The translations under genes were made by a program, and so were the position numbers. Positions 52,561 to 62,693 of a stretch of DNA of 64,000 nt are shown piece by piece. The stretch lies in assembly GCA_033764315.1 (NCBI GenBank), contig JANRJA010000193.1, positions 1-64,000 on the forward strand. The letters run 5' to 3'. Origin of the DNA: Oculatellaceae cyanobacterium bins.114 (GTDB lineage: Bacteria > Cyanobacteriota > Cyanobacteriia > Elainellales > Elainellaceae). The notes beneath the pieces were generated by a model. It saw only the letters and a list, made by a program, of their open reading frames with translations, had not been told where the DNA came from and did not search any database. Position 1 is the stretch's first letter. The number at the start of each line of letters is the position of its first letter.

Positions 52561-52754
52561 GAGGCGATCGCCCATAACAGAACGGATTGCTTACCTTTAA
52601 TTCATTGAAAAAAATCTATGGATCAAACCAGTTTCTCGTTTAGCCGATCGATCCAGGTTAGCCCTACATTTAATATGGTTAGTAACTTTCATATTTTTGT
52701 TGAACAACGTCTGTCACGCTCCAGGTTCATCTCAGGTAGTAGGACAATCTTTTT

Positions 52755-53231
52755 ATGGCACTGATTATCACTGGCAAACAATTTATTCGTGACTTAGAGA
52801 GCACAGGAGCGTTAGGGGTGTACGTTCCTCTAGAGGGTGGTCACGAGGGGCGTTATCAACGACGTTTGCGAGCAGCAGGTTATGGAATGTTGCACATCAG
52901 TGCTCGTGGTTTAGGTGATCTTTCTTCCTACCTATTAGAGGTTCATGGGGTTCGTCCACCTCATTTAGGCAAGAAGGATATCGGTCAAGGTGCAGCGGTA
53001 GGGGCAAGATATTATTTGCCACCAATGGCACTTTATCAACTAGAGCAGTTGCCCTCTACTTCTAAAGGGTTAGTGATTTGGTTACTTGAGGGCATTATCT
53101 TATCTCGACAAGAGTTAGAATTCTTAGCCAATTTGCCCAAGCTGCAATCCCGCATTAAGGTTGTTGTTGAGTTAGGTGGGGAACGGAGCTTTAAATGGCA
53201 ACCCTTACAAAGCGTTTTAGCAGTGGCTTAA
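52755..53231 (+). CDS. ndhN: NAD(P)H-quinone oxidoreductase subunit N
   Basis: MALIITG...PLEGGHEGRYQRRLRAAGY...SARGLGD...HGVRPPHLGKK. Confidence 0.97.
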   Translation: MALIITGKQFIRDLESTGALGVYVPLEGGHEGRYQRRLRAAGYGMLHISARGLGDLSSYLLEVHGVRPPHLGKKDIGQGAAVGARYYLPPMALYQLEQLPSTSKGLVIWLLEGIILSRQELEFLANLPKLQSRIKVVVELGGERSFKWQPLQSVLAVA

Positions 53232-53422
53232 ACCATCTTAATCTCAGTCAGGGACATGGGCAGGGTTAAGACGACTTGTGAAGTGTGGGCTTTTAAAGTA
53301 GTACATGCCTCCTTAATCTCTTGTCTCATCTCTAGATATAGAGTTTATCAAGAGCAATCCGTCCTGAACCCTCCTATCTCTGGGATCACCCCAAAATCAA
53401 CCTGATCCCCAATTCTTAACTC

Positions 53423-53467
53423 AGGATCTGAGATTTAGTTTTTTTAATCAACTAAATCTCAGATCCT
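53423..53467. repeat. Perfect 18-bp inverted repeat upstream of ldpA
   Basis: AGGATCTGAGATTTAGTT-tttttaatc-AACTAAATCTCAGATCCT. Confidence 0.85.
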
Positions 53468-53505
53468 TCATTCTATTTCTCCAGTTAACCTACTAACATG
53501 TAAGG

Positions 53506-54777
53506 GTGACTAACTTGTACTACCCCTTACGATCCCTAAGGGAGGGTAACTGGTTCAAACTGATTTGCGGAGCTAGTTTTCAGCACCTCCCTGCCGTTCG
53601 GAATCTCACTTTAGCGTATGCATTGGCTGGCGTTGACTGTATTGACGTAGCTGCGGATGCTGCTGTCATTTCATCTGCTCGCGAGGCGTTGAGTGTTGCA
53701 GATGGGCTGCGGGATGCTGCTCAAGCACGAGGGTATGACGCTCAAGGAGCACCTTGGTTAATGGTCAGTCTTAATGATGGAGAAGATCCTCATTTTCGCA
53801 AGGCTGAGTTTGATGCGGGGCAATGTCCTGTTGACTGCCCTCGTCCCTGTGAAACGATTTGTCCGGCACAAGCGATCGCCTTTGAGCACGATAGTCGCAA
53901 TGACATTGATGAGCATCGCTCAGGGGTGATTGATAGTCGTTGTTATGGGTGTGGTCGTTGTTTATTAGTCTGCCCATTTGAGCGCATTACGACCCGTTCT
54001 TATGTTTCAAGCCCAACCGCGATCGCCTCGACCGTGCTGCAAGGCATTGATGCCGTTGAGATTCATACGCAAGTTGGTCGCTTAACTGATTTTGAGCGAT
54101 TGTGGGGTGCGATCGCCCCTCATGTCTCACAACTCCAGCTAGTTGCGGTGAGTTGTCCAGATGGGGATGGATTAATTGATTATCTCAAGTCAATCTATCA
54201 GCTGATTTCACCAATTGCATGTCCTGTAATCTGGCAGACCGACGGTAGACCCATGAGCGGTGATATTGGGGATGGTGCCACCCATGCGGCTGTGAGATTA
54301 GGGCAAAAAGTATTGGCAGCAAACTTGCCAGGATATGTGCAATTAGCAGGTGGAACCAATCGTTATACGGTTAAAAAATTGAGGGCACTTGGATTGCTAA
54401 ATTCAAAAGCACTGCACCACAAACCAACAATTGCTCAGAATTCATCACATCACCCTCCTATAGCGCGATCGCCCCATAGAGAGAACGACTTCACATCGCC
54501 CCACTACATTTCTGGCGTTGCCTATGGTAGCTATGCCCGTGCACTGTTGTCACCCGTTTTAGAGCAGCTCGAACCATCTCATTTCGACCCTAGTTTCAAC
54601 CGCTTTAACGATATTAACGACCTCATTGGCGACTTTTCTTCCTCCCATCCTCTGGGTCAATTTAACCCCCACTTGGAATGTCACCCCCCTCTGCTGTGGC
54701 AAGCAGTTGAGCTAGCTCACTCTCTTGTATCCCAACTTAAATCTCCTAAACATCAGGAGCAGGTCATGTCAACCTAA
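53506..54777 (+). CDS. ldpA: Circadian input Fe-S protein LdpA
   Basis: WFKLICGASF, DGEDPHFRKA, two 4Fe-4S motifs (CPVDCPRPCETICP; CYGCGRCLLVCP), WQTDGRPMSGDIG, QLAGGTN. Confidence 0.95.
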   Translation: MTNLYYPLRSLREGNWFKLICGASFQHLPAVRNLTLAYALAGVDCIDVAADAAVISSAREALSVADGLRDAAQARGYDAQGAPWLMVSLNDGEDPHFRKAEFDAGQCPVDCPRPCETICPAQAIAFEHDSRNDIDEHRSGVIDSRCYGCGRCLLVCPFERITTRSYVSSPTAIASTVLQGIDAVEIHTQVGRLTDFERLWGAIAPHVSQLQLVAVSCPDGDGLIDYLKSIYQLISPIACPVIWQTDGRPMSGDIGDGATHAAVRLGQKVLAANLPGYVQLAGGTNRYTVKKLRALGLLNSKALHHKPTIAQNSSHHPPIARSPHRENDFTSPHYISGVAYGSYARALLSPVLEQLEPSHFDPSFNRFNDINDLIGDFSSSHPLGQFNPHLECHPPLLWQAVELAHSLVSQLKSPKHQEQVMST

Positions 54778-54871
54778 CTTTTCATCGTCAGCGTTCTATT
54801 CAGTTCACATTCCCTAAACGCTGCCACACCACCAGTTGTTCATCATTTAGATTTAGACGTTTTTATTCCTC

Positions 54872-56773
54872 ATGACATTTAACGGCAATACCTTCTTTGA
54901 AAAACCAGAGAATAGTGATGCTTCGGCAGATGAGTCAAACACTGCCCCAATTTATATCACCGATGATCTCAATCAGTTATTAGACATTTTGCCTGAAGAG
55001 ATTCGTCTGCGTTTAAACGAGCATCCCCAAAAAAACCAGCTGATTGAAGTTGTTTTAGATTTGGGACGACGACCCGAAGCTCGATTTCCTCAGCAAGCTG
55101 AGTATCTCTCTGAGATGCCTGTTTCGTCGGGTGACCTGCGCTATTGTGTCGATCGCATTGGTCACTTCAGTGGTGACAATCGAGCAGGCATTGAGAAAAC
55201 CCTACATCGCATCAGTGCCATTCGCAATCGCATGGGTGAAGTCATTGGACTAACGTGTCGGGTGGGACGTGCCGTATATGGCACGATTGGCATGATCCGC
55301 GATCTGGTGGAAACGGGCAAATCAATTTTGATGTTGGGTCGCCCAGGCGTGGGTAAAACCACTGCACTCCGTGAAATTGCGCGAGTGCTGGCTGATGAGC
55401 TAGACAAACGAGTGGTGATTATTGACACCTCTAATGAAATTGCTGGGGATGGAGACATTCCTCATCCAGCGATTGGACGAGCAAGGCGCATGCAAGTTGC
55501 GCGACCTGAATTGCAACATCAAGTCATGATCGAGGCGGTGGAAAACCACATGCCTGAAGTCATTGTGATTGATGAAATTGGCACCGAGCTCGAAGCCCTG
55601 GCAGCTCGCACGATTGCTGAACGAGGTGTGCAACTGGTAGGCACAGCACATGGTAATCGCATTGAAAACTTGATGAAAAACCCCACTCTGTCTGATTTGG
55701 TGGGGGGAATTCAATCAGTTACGCTGGGCGATGAAGAAGCCCGACGCCGGGGGAGCCAAAAGAGCGTTTTAGAACGTAAAGCCCCACCCACCTTTGATAT
55801 CGCCGTTGAAATGTTAGAGCGGCACAAGTGGGTGGTCCATGAAAACGTGTCAGACACAGTTGATCTGCTGTTGCGAGGACGACAACCCAATCCACAACTG
55901 AGAACAGTTGACAGTGCTGGGCATGTCTCCATCAGCCATGAAGCACCGACTCCCCCCAATCGAAGTTTTGCCAATAGTGAAACGCGTGCGGCTTCGCCAT
56001 TATCGCAAGGGTCACGCAATGCACATGAACCGAATCGGGGGGGTGGGTGGCGCATGTCTGGGAAAATATCCTCTCTGCCTTCTTCTGCCTATACCCGCAA
56101 TGATTTAGGAGGCAGGCTTCCCGATGAGCCACTATCGTTGGCTCCTTATCAACCGCCAGAGAGACAAAACTTTGATCGGCTCTTAAACGAATCCTTTGAG
56201 AACCCTTTTTCTCAAGACGATTTGGAACCATTTGCTGACATTCCCTCGACTGGACCTAACGGAGAAGACCTGCCTTTGCATGTCTACCCCTATGCGGTTA
56301 GTCGGCACATGGTCGATCAAATTATTCGTACGATGAATTTGCCAATTGTATTGACCAAAGATGTAGACAGTGCTGACACCGTTTTGGCGTTGCGATCGCA
56401 CATCAAGAATCACTCTAAACTGCGACATATGGCAAAAAGCCGACAGCTCTCCATCTACACCATTAAAGCGAACAACATGCCCCAGATTATCCGGGCACTG
56501 CAACGGATGTTGCACATCGACACGCGCGCGCAGGAAGAACCCGTTAATCTCAGTTTGTTTTCACAGAGCGGTGAGGAAGATGAGTTAGAAGCCTTAGAGG
56601 AAGCCCGCCTAGCCGTTGAACAAATCGTCATTCCTAAAGGGCAACCTGTGGAGTTGCTGCCTCGCTCTGCCAAGGTACGGAAGATGCAACATGAGTTGGT
56701 AGAACATTATCGCCTCAAGTCAACAAGCTTTGGCGAAGAACCCAATCGCCGTCTGCGGATCTATCCTGCATAG
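54872..56773 (+). CDS. Ycf45/SpoIIIAA-like AAA ATPase with C-terminal R3H domain
   Basis: [39 protein letters not shown]...SFGEEPNRR. Confidence 0.92.
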   Translation: MTFNGNTFFEKPENSDASADESNTAPIYITDDLNQLLDILPEEIRLRLNEHPQKNQLIEVVLDLGRRPEARFPQQAEYLSEMPVSSGDLRYCVDRIGHFSGDNRAGIEKTLHRISAIRNRMGEVIGLTCRVGRAVYGTIGMIRDLVETGKSILMLGRPGVGKTTALREIARVLADELDKRVVIIDTSNEIAGDGDIPHPAIGRARRMQVARPELQHQVMIEAVENHMPEVIVIDEIGTELEALAARTIAERGVQLVGTAHGNRIENLMKNPTLSDLVGGIQSVTLGDEEARRRGSQKSVLERKAPPTFDIAVEMLERHKWVVHENVSDTVDLLLRGRQPNPQLRTVDSAGHVSISHEAPTPPNRSFANSETRAASPLSQGSRNAHEPNRGGGWRMSGKISSLPSSAYTRNDLGGRLPDEPLSLAPYQPPERQNFDRLLNESFENPFSQDDLEPFADIPSTGPNGEDLPLHVYPYAVSRHMVDQIIRTMNLPIVLTKDVDSADTVLALRSHIKNHSKLRHMAKSRQLSIYTIKANNMPQIIRALQRMLHIDTRAQEEPVNLSLFSQSGEEDELEALEEARLAVEQIVIPKGQPVELLPRSAKVRKMQHELVEHYRLKSTSFGEEPNRRLRIYPA

Positions 56774-56796
56774 GCCAGGATCAGGAACGTACTAGC

Positions 56797-57858
56797 TTAC
56801 GGATCAACTAATTCTCGGACAAGTTTGGCAAGCCGTTCGGCACTATCGGCGATCGCCAATTTTCCAGCGGCATCGGTCATGGTTTGTAACCGATCGGGCG
56901 ATCGCAGCAACTTCAGCACTTTGTCCTGTAGCTTGGTTGCCGTCAAGTCTGCCTGCCGATAGACACAGGCAGCTCCGGCTGCGGCAAAAATGGCAGCGTT
57001 GTACGTCTGATGATCATCTGCCGCAAAGGGATAGGGAATCAAAATCGAGGGTGTCTGAGTCACTGCAATTTCGGTGAGGCTGCCTGCTCCAGCCCGACTA
57101 ATCACCAAATCGGCTCGCTGAAATAGACCTGCCATATTGTTATAGAACGGCAATGCTAGATAACGAGGATGGCTCAAGCTTTTCACATCCGGGTCATTTT
57201 CTCCGGTTAAATGCACCACCCAAATGCCCTCTTCTAGCCAGACAGGTGCTGCTTGCCGCACTAATTGATTGACAGCAACTGCCCCCTGACTGCCCCCTAC
57301 TATGACCAACAATGGACCCTGCTCAGGAATCGGCAGATCTGCCAATGCCGCACCTTGACCCTGGTCACGAAATTGTGAGCGAACTGGAGTGCCAACACAA
57401 ACATTTCGGGCACTTCTCAAGTAAGGAGCCGCTGCCTCAAAGCCCAACGCCACCACACTACACCAGGGACTGAGCCAGCGAGTCACTTTGCCTGGAAATG
57501 CATTAGACTCATGCAAAATAGTGGGCAACCCCAGCGATCGCGCCGCTAAAATGGCTGGTGCTGCAATATAGCCTCCGGTCGTCAACACCCCCTGAAATTG
57601 CCCTTGCTTTAACAACTGTCGGACTTCAAAAATTGCCCCAATCAATCGGCTAACAATGCGCAACGTGCCCAAACCAAACCGTTGTTGAAACCCCTCAACC
57701 GCAATCGTGTGGAAGGGATATTGTTTAGGCACTAATCGGGTTTCGAGTCGATCGGGCACCCCTAACCATTCAATCTGATAATCCGGTAGTTGCTCAGCAG
57801 TGGCGATCGCCGGAAACAAGTGTCCTCCCGTTCCACTCGCTGCAATCAATAATTTCAT
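56797..57858 (-). CDS. murG: Undecaprenyl-PP-MurNAc-pentapeptide GlcNAc transferase
   Basis: GTGGHLFP, TGGY, HESN, GGSQGA, SRAGA, DHQTYNA. Confidence 0.97.
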   Translation of the reverse strand: MKLLIAASGTGGHLFPAIATAEQLPDYQIEWLGVPDRLETRLVPKQYPFHTIAVEGFQQRFGLGTLRIVSRLIGAIFEVRQLLKQGQFQGVLTTGGYIAAPAILAARSLGLPTILHESNAFPGKVTRWLSPWCSVVALGFEAAAPYLRSARNVCVGTPVRSQFRDQGQGAALADLPIPEQGPLLVIVGGSQGAVAVNQLVRQAAPVWLEEGIWVVHLTGENDPDVKSLSHPRYLALPFYNNMAGLFQRADLVISRAGAGSLTEIAVTQTPSILIPYPFAADDHQTYNAAIFAAAGAACVYRQADLTATKLQDKVLKLLRSPDRLQTMTDAAGKLAIADSAERLAKLVRELVDP

Positions 57859-58019
57859 CTGCTCTTCCCCGTTCCCTGTTGTCCTGCTGTTGCCATCAGA
57901 GGATCTGACCTCAAGCCGTATGGCTTCACCATGTGGATGTTGGCACTCAAAAGATAATTCAGGTTAACCTATTATTCACGGTTGGTCATGTCTGCCTTGA
58001 TGCAAGATTACCCCATGCC

Positions 58020-58066
58020 TGATTTAACTATGTTTTGATTTCACTGTTTTGATTTCACTATGTTTA
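58020..58066. repeat. Imperfect triple tandem repeat in the divergent intergenic region upstream of murG
   Basis: TGATTTAACTATGTTT TGATTTCACTGTTT TGATTTCACTATGTTT. Confidence 0.7.
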
Positions 58067-58347
58067 ATGTACAGGGTAGCGATCGCGATCAGCGCACCTG
58101 AGCCACCTTACTTAAAGATCTGCTAAAGGTATTGTGGATTAAATGAAACCCTTGATTTAGCAATCAAGGACATGACTTTTGGCTCGTCAATCTCGACCCG
58201 GTCTGGAAAGTTCTCGCTCAAATGCAGTGCTCTTACAAAAGCTCGACGTTATTTAATTCCATTCCTAATTTCTTGCGCTAATCTCGGTTCATTGCTAGGG
58301 TTATCGCCTGCTTCAATTCTCTATCCTCTCAACCCCAACTCATAGAC

Positions 58348-59127
58348 ATGCTTCGATCGATCACCTCCGTCCTGTCGTCACTCCTGTTTGGCATTGCCCT
58401 AACGAGTGGAACAATGGCTTATGCCCAAACAGAAAGCCCTGAAACTCCTCCTGAGGTTACAACTGCTGTCACCCAAATTGATGCAGCCGCTAATCAGCGT
58501 GACCTACATGGAGTCATGCGGTTCTTTAGCCCAAACTTTAGGCACGCCGATGGGTTAAACCGTAGTCGTTTAGAAGACGCTCTGCAAAACCTTTGGGAGC
58601 GATATCCCCAAATCGCTTATCAGACTGAGGTCAACAGCTGGCAGCGAGAAGGAGAGGCGATCGTCTTTGAAACCACAACCACCATTACAGGAACTCAACT
58701 CATCAACGGGCAAAACTTTTCCCTCAACTCAACCGTGCGATCGCGCCAACGCCTAGAAAACGGGCAAATTGTTCAACAAGAAGTGTTATCAGAGCAAAAT
58801 CAGTTGAGCAGTGGTGAAAACCCGCCCACCGTCGAGATTCAACTCCCAGAGCAGGTGGTGATTGGGCGTACCTACAACTTTGATGCGATCGTGCAAGAAC
58901 CTCTAGGGACTCGCCTCCTGTTAGGCACCGCGATTGAAGAACCAATTAATACCAGTCAGTATTTCACCACAGCCCCAATCGACTTAGAATTGTTGTCTGC
59001 GGGCGGGTTGTTTAAGGTTGGTCGTGCCCCTGCTTTACCGGATAGTCGCTGGATTTCAGCCGTGATTATTCGAGAAGATGGCATCACTCTTGAAACTCGT
59101 CGCGTGCGGGTTGTGGGTCATGAATAG
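58348..59127 (+). CDS. Exported NTF2/SnoaL-like domain protein
   Basis: Signal peptide (AYA-Q), DAAAN..D, F.HADG, GGLFKVGRAP. Confidence 0.8.
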   Translation: MLRSITSVLSSLLFGIALTSGTMAYAQTESPETPPEVTTAVTQIDAAANQRDLHGVMRFFSPNFRHADGLNRSRLEDALQNLWERYPQIAYQTEVNSWQREGEAIVFETTTTITGTQLINGQNFSLNSTVRSRQRLENGQIVQQEVLSEQNQLSSGENPPTVEIQLPEQVVIGRTYNFDAIVQEPLGTRLLLGTAIEEPINTSQYFTTAPIDLELLSAGGLFKVGRAPALPDSRWISAVIIREDGITLETRRVRVVGHE

Positions 59128-59270
59128 GGCGATCGCTTGCAACACCTCTATGCTTGACCTAAAAAAATACACTTATATCATCAGACTCGTAAGACGATAA
59201 GATCTAAAAAGTTTTTGTAGCATTCCATCATTGGCGGCTACCTCTACAGTCGTGTTTAGCGATTAGACCT

Positions 59271-59495
59271 ATGCCTACTATTCCCTTGACCCTTTTGCTA
59301 TATGTCATTCTCGGTGGAACCTATCTCGTTGTTTTGCCAGCCCTGACTTTCTTTTATCTAAAAGGGCGGTGGTATACTGCCAGTTCTGTAGAGCGTCTGT
59401 TGATGTACTTTCTAGTATTTTTCCTATTCCCTGGTCTGGCACTCCTGTCTCCTTTTCTCAACTTCCGCCCCCAGCGACGGCAATTGCCTTCCTAG
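59271..59495 (+). CDS. ndhL: NAD(P)H-quinone oxidoreductase subunit L
   Basis: RWYTASSVERLLMYFLVFFLFPGLALLSPFLNFRP. Confidence 0.95.
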   Translation: MPTIPLTLLLYVILGGTYLVVLPALTFFYLKGRWYTASSVERLLMYFLVFFLFPGLALLSPFLNFRPQRRQLPS

Positions 59496-59576
59496 TGCCG
59501 ATTGTAAAACTAAAGCTCAGGGAACTCCTTAAAGGAGTTCTGAAAGATAGGTTTCAGTACATTTAAATGGTCTTGA

Positions 59577-59906
59577 ATGCGGCGCATTGACGTAATTGGC
59601 ATTGGCATTGGCATTTTTGTAGCCGGTGGAGCTGTCTACTGGATCTTTCAAGCCGCTGGGCTAGATAGCATTAATGCCGGAATTTGGAGTCAAGTGATTT
59701 TGGTTGGGGGATTGGTGGTTTGGTTGCTTACCTACGTGTTTCGGGCAGTGACCCAAACCATGACCTATAATCAGCAACTCAAAGACTATGAAGACGCTGT
59801 GCTACAAAAACGGCTCGAAGAAATGACTCCTGAAGAAATAGCCCTACTTCAAACTGAGGTAGAACAAGCAAAGCAGGCCATTGAACAAGCAAAGGATGAA
59901 GGATGA
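59577..59906 (+). CDS. DUF3007-family membrane protein
   Basis: MRRID...TYVFR...[11 protein letters not shown]...LQKRLEEM; conserved ndhL-DUF3007-trpA order. Confidence 0.9.
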   Translation: MRRIDVIGIGIGIFVAGGAVYWIFQAAGLDSINAGIWSQVILVGGLVVWLLTYVFRAVTQTMTYNQQLKDYEDAVLQKRLEEMTPEEIALLQTEVEQAKQAIEQAKDEG

Positions 59907-60700
59907 TTTCTGTTTCTGACTGCCTGGATAAACTGCGCGATCGCGGTCAGTGTGCGCTAATTCCCTTCATCACAGCGGGTGATCCTGACTTAGACACAAC
60001 GGCTCAGGCTCTACAGATTCTCGATCGCAGTGGAGCGGACGTGATCGAGTTAGGGGTTCCCTACTCTGATCCCCTAGCTGATGGCCCTGTCATTCAAGCA
60101 GCTGCCACTCGTGCTCTACAACGCGGCACCAAACTAGAGCAGGTGCTAGAGATGTTGCATTCCATTCGACCTCAGTTAGCCGCACCGATTATTCTCTTTA
60201 CGTATTACAATCCCATTCTCAATCGTGGCATTGAGGCGTTCCTCGAAGACATCGTTGCCGCTGGGGTCAGTGGGTTAGTGGTGCCCGATCTGCCCCTCGA
60301 AGAAATTGATGGGTTGCTGCGTCATGCGGCAAAAGCGGGCGTCGAGGTGATCTTGCTGGTGGCTCCTACCAGTTCAAAACAACGCATTGAGGCGATCGCC
60401 ACCCAATCTCAGGGGTTTATTTATCTCGTCAGTGTCACCGGAGTAACAGGTATACGCACTCAAATTGGGGATCGAGTGCAGCAGCTCTTGATGGAGCTAC
60501 GCAGTGTCACTGACAAACCGATTGGGGTCGGGTTTGGCATTTCACAGCCTGAACAGGCACGACAAGTCATGGACTGGGGAGCCGATGCGGTGATTGTCGG
60601 TAGTGCTTTTGTCAAGCGGCTAGCCGAAGGCAGCCCAGCAGAAGGGCTGAAAGCACTTGAAACCTTTTGCCGCAATCTCAAGGCAGCCCTCTCAGATTAA
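59903..60700 (+). CDS. trpA: Tryptophan synthase alpha chain
   Basis: [38 protein letters not shown]. Confidence 0.98.
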   Translation: MISVSDCLDKLRDRGQCALIPFITAGDPDLDTTAQALQILDRSGADVIELGVPYSDPLADGPVIQAAATRALQRGTKLEQVLEMLHSIRPQLAAPIILFTYYNPILNRGIEAFLEDIVAAGVSGLVVPDLPLEEIDGLLRHAAKAGVEVILLVAPTSSKQRIEAIATQSQGFIYLVSVTGVTGIRTQIGDRVQQLLMELRSVTDKPIGVGFGISQPEQARQVMDWGADAVIVGSAFVKRLAEGSPAEGLKALETFCRNLKAALSD

Positions 60701-60810
60701 TGTAAACCTTGTTTATGAGCGCATCAAGCTCAGAGGACTCACGCATAGAGGCGAAGCATCCGTAGACTGCCTCGCCTCTAACCAAACTCTTGGATTGCTC
60801 TGGAATCGCT

Positions 60811-61518
60811 TTAGTTTAAGAAGGGTTGTTCAGCAAGGGTATCTAACCCAACTGATCTCAGTAGCGTGGTCCACTGAGTGGCAATTTCAGGATTACGGGG
60901 TTGAGTTTGGCGCAGATTTGCCATACTGTTTAACGCGTCATACCAGATTCCGGCTTGAGCATAAACCCTGGGGCGATCGCCTTCTGCGGTTGCTGCCAAC
61001 TGACTCGTTAAGGTGGTAGGAGGCGCAATCCGCTGAATCCACCCTTCCGAAAAAATATCCCCAGAGCGATCGTCAGGATCACATATCAGCGAGAAATACC
61101 AATGGTAATCTTTGCCAATTTCAAGATCAGGCGCGTTTGCTTGATCCTTCAGTGAAAACGCCATAATTCCAGGGTCGCCACTGAGTTGAAACGTGCTGCG
61201 ATAGACCTCATTGTCCTCCGCATCTAACAGCACAAACTCTGCTAGTGGACTGGCTGTTGGAGGGACATTCCAATAAAAGGTAGGACGGGCTTCTAACGTA
61301 GTCCCAAAATTTGTACTCGGAATCAAAGCAATCAGTGGTGGCTCACCTCGGAGGCAATTGCCACGAGTGCCGCCCCCTTCTCGTCGTCCTGGGGCTCCCC
61401 GATCCGGTGGGACATACTCTTGAGCGAGTGCCGCCAAGGGGAAGCCACCGCTCAACAATACAATCGATAACAGCAGATGCAAGGCAATCTGGAGATTGCG
61501 AGAAAAACGATGAGACAT
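60811..61518 (-). CDS. DUF928-domain exported protein
   Basis: Signal peptide, PGRREGGGTRG.C, PTFYW, YHWYFSLIC, GWIQR, GIWYDAL, W..LL.SVGL. Confidence 0.9.
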   Translation of the reverse strand: MSHRFSRNLQIALHLLLSIVLLSGGFPLAALAQEYVPPDRGAPGRREGGGTRGNCLRGEPPLIALIPSTNFGTTLEARPTFYWNVPPTASPLAEFVLLDAEDNEVYRSTFQLSGDPGIMAFSLKDQANAPDLEIGKDYHWYFSLICDPDDRSGDIFSEGWIQRIAPPTTLTSQLAATAEGDRPRVYAQAGIWYDALNSMANLRQTQPRNPEIATQWTTLLRSVGLDTLAEQPFLN

Positions 61519-61567
61519 GACGATTTCAAGAGGGCGAATGGTTCAACGAGCTTAAACCGATCTAAAA

Positions 61568-62353
61568 CTACTGTCCCAAATTGATGGTCTGATTGCTCTG
61601 GCTCAGATTGACGCGCTCAATGGGGGTTTCGCGAGTAATGTGAACCAAACCTACTGAATTCAATAAATTAACCCATTGAGAAGCAGGAACCGGACCACCT
61701 GTTTGAGAACGGAGTGTTGCAAGACTACTGATGGCATCGTACCAGATTCCTTGTTGTGCATAGATACTTGGGCGTTGCTCTAAGCTTGCCTGCTGTAACT
61801 CCGACTGCAAAGTTGCACTGGGTTCAATGCGTTGGATCCAACTATCTACTACAACATCAGCTGAGCGATCGCTCATTTCGCAAACTAACGCAAAACTCCA
61901 GTGATAATTTTTACCGACCTCTAACGCCGGTAGATTGGCATTGGCAGGCAAACTGAGACTGATAACCCCTGACGTTCTGGTTGTCTGGAAGGTTGCTTTA
62001 TATAACTCGTTGTCTGATTCATCACTCAAAATAAATTCAGCCGCAACCGCATTCTCAGCGTAGAACTGTGGTACGTAAACAAAAAAGGAGGGGTAATCGG
62101 TCGAGGTATAACCAAAATTTTGGTCAGGCACCAGAGCGGTCAAGCGATCGTTAGATGAGATGGTAGTATCGCTGCGCCAGCATCCACGAGTACCCCCTCC
62201 TTCTCGGCGACCAGGTAAGCCGATATCTGCTGGAGGGTTGTAAGTCTGGGCGATCGCAGCCAGTGGCAAACCACCCAACAGCGTTCCTGCGATGAGTGCG
62301 ACGTGTAAGGCTACACGATAGGGAGGCATTAAAGGAGGGATAAGTCGAGACAT
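61568..62353 (-). CDS. DUF928-domain exported protein (paralog)
   Basis: PGRREGGGTRGC, PSFFVYVP, YHWSFALVC, WIQR, GIWYDAI, W..LLNSVGL. Confidence 0.9.
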   Translation of the reverse strand: MSRLIPPLMPPYRVALHVALIAGTLLGGLPLAAIAQTYNPPADIGLPGRREGGGTRGCWRSDTTISSNDRLTALVPDQNFGYTSTDYPSFFVYVPQFYAENAVAAEFILSDESDNELYKATFQTTRTSGVISLSLPANANLPALEVGKNYHWSFALVCEMSDRSADVVVDSWIQRIEPSATLQSELQQASLEQRPSIYAQQGIWYDAISSLATLRSQTGGPVPASQWVNLLNSVGLVHITRETPIERVNLSQSNQTINLGQ

Positions 62354-62403
62354 ACTAAGTTGATCCTTGGTGATTGATGTAGATCTGCGAAAGGGAAAGC
62401 GTT

Positions 62404-62530
62404 TATAGCACCTGAAGAATTGGTTAAAACGGGGTGCAGGGGCTTGCGTTCAAGATTCGCCTGAGTTCACGCCGAAGTCCAAACGGTGGAACCCTTAACC
62501 CTTGCATCAACGGTCTTGAAAGTTGCTATA
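62404..62530. mobile_element. About 127-bp MITE-like element
   Basis: Inverted ends TATAGCACCT / AGTTGCTATA; internal GGGGTGCAGGGG...CCCTTGCATC stem and a CTGAG...GCCGAAGTC repeat. Confidence 0.55.
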
Positions 62531-62693
62531 TGAGTCTGATCACTCATCATGGTGGTGATTTAGGATGACGCAGGTGGTGCTCACTCAGCCCCAATGGATT
62601 TAATGCTGATGGGCGATCGCTCTAAAACAACGCTTAGGCAATGGCATAAAAAGTAACCAGGATGAACACAAATTAGTAGATGTCCCTACGGAT

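Noticed and set aside
58172-58345. 57-codon ORF upstream of the NTF2-like gene
   Set aside because: No recognisable motif; the downstream gene already has its own signal peptide.
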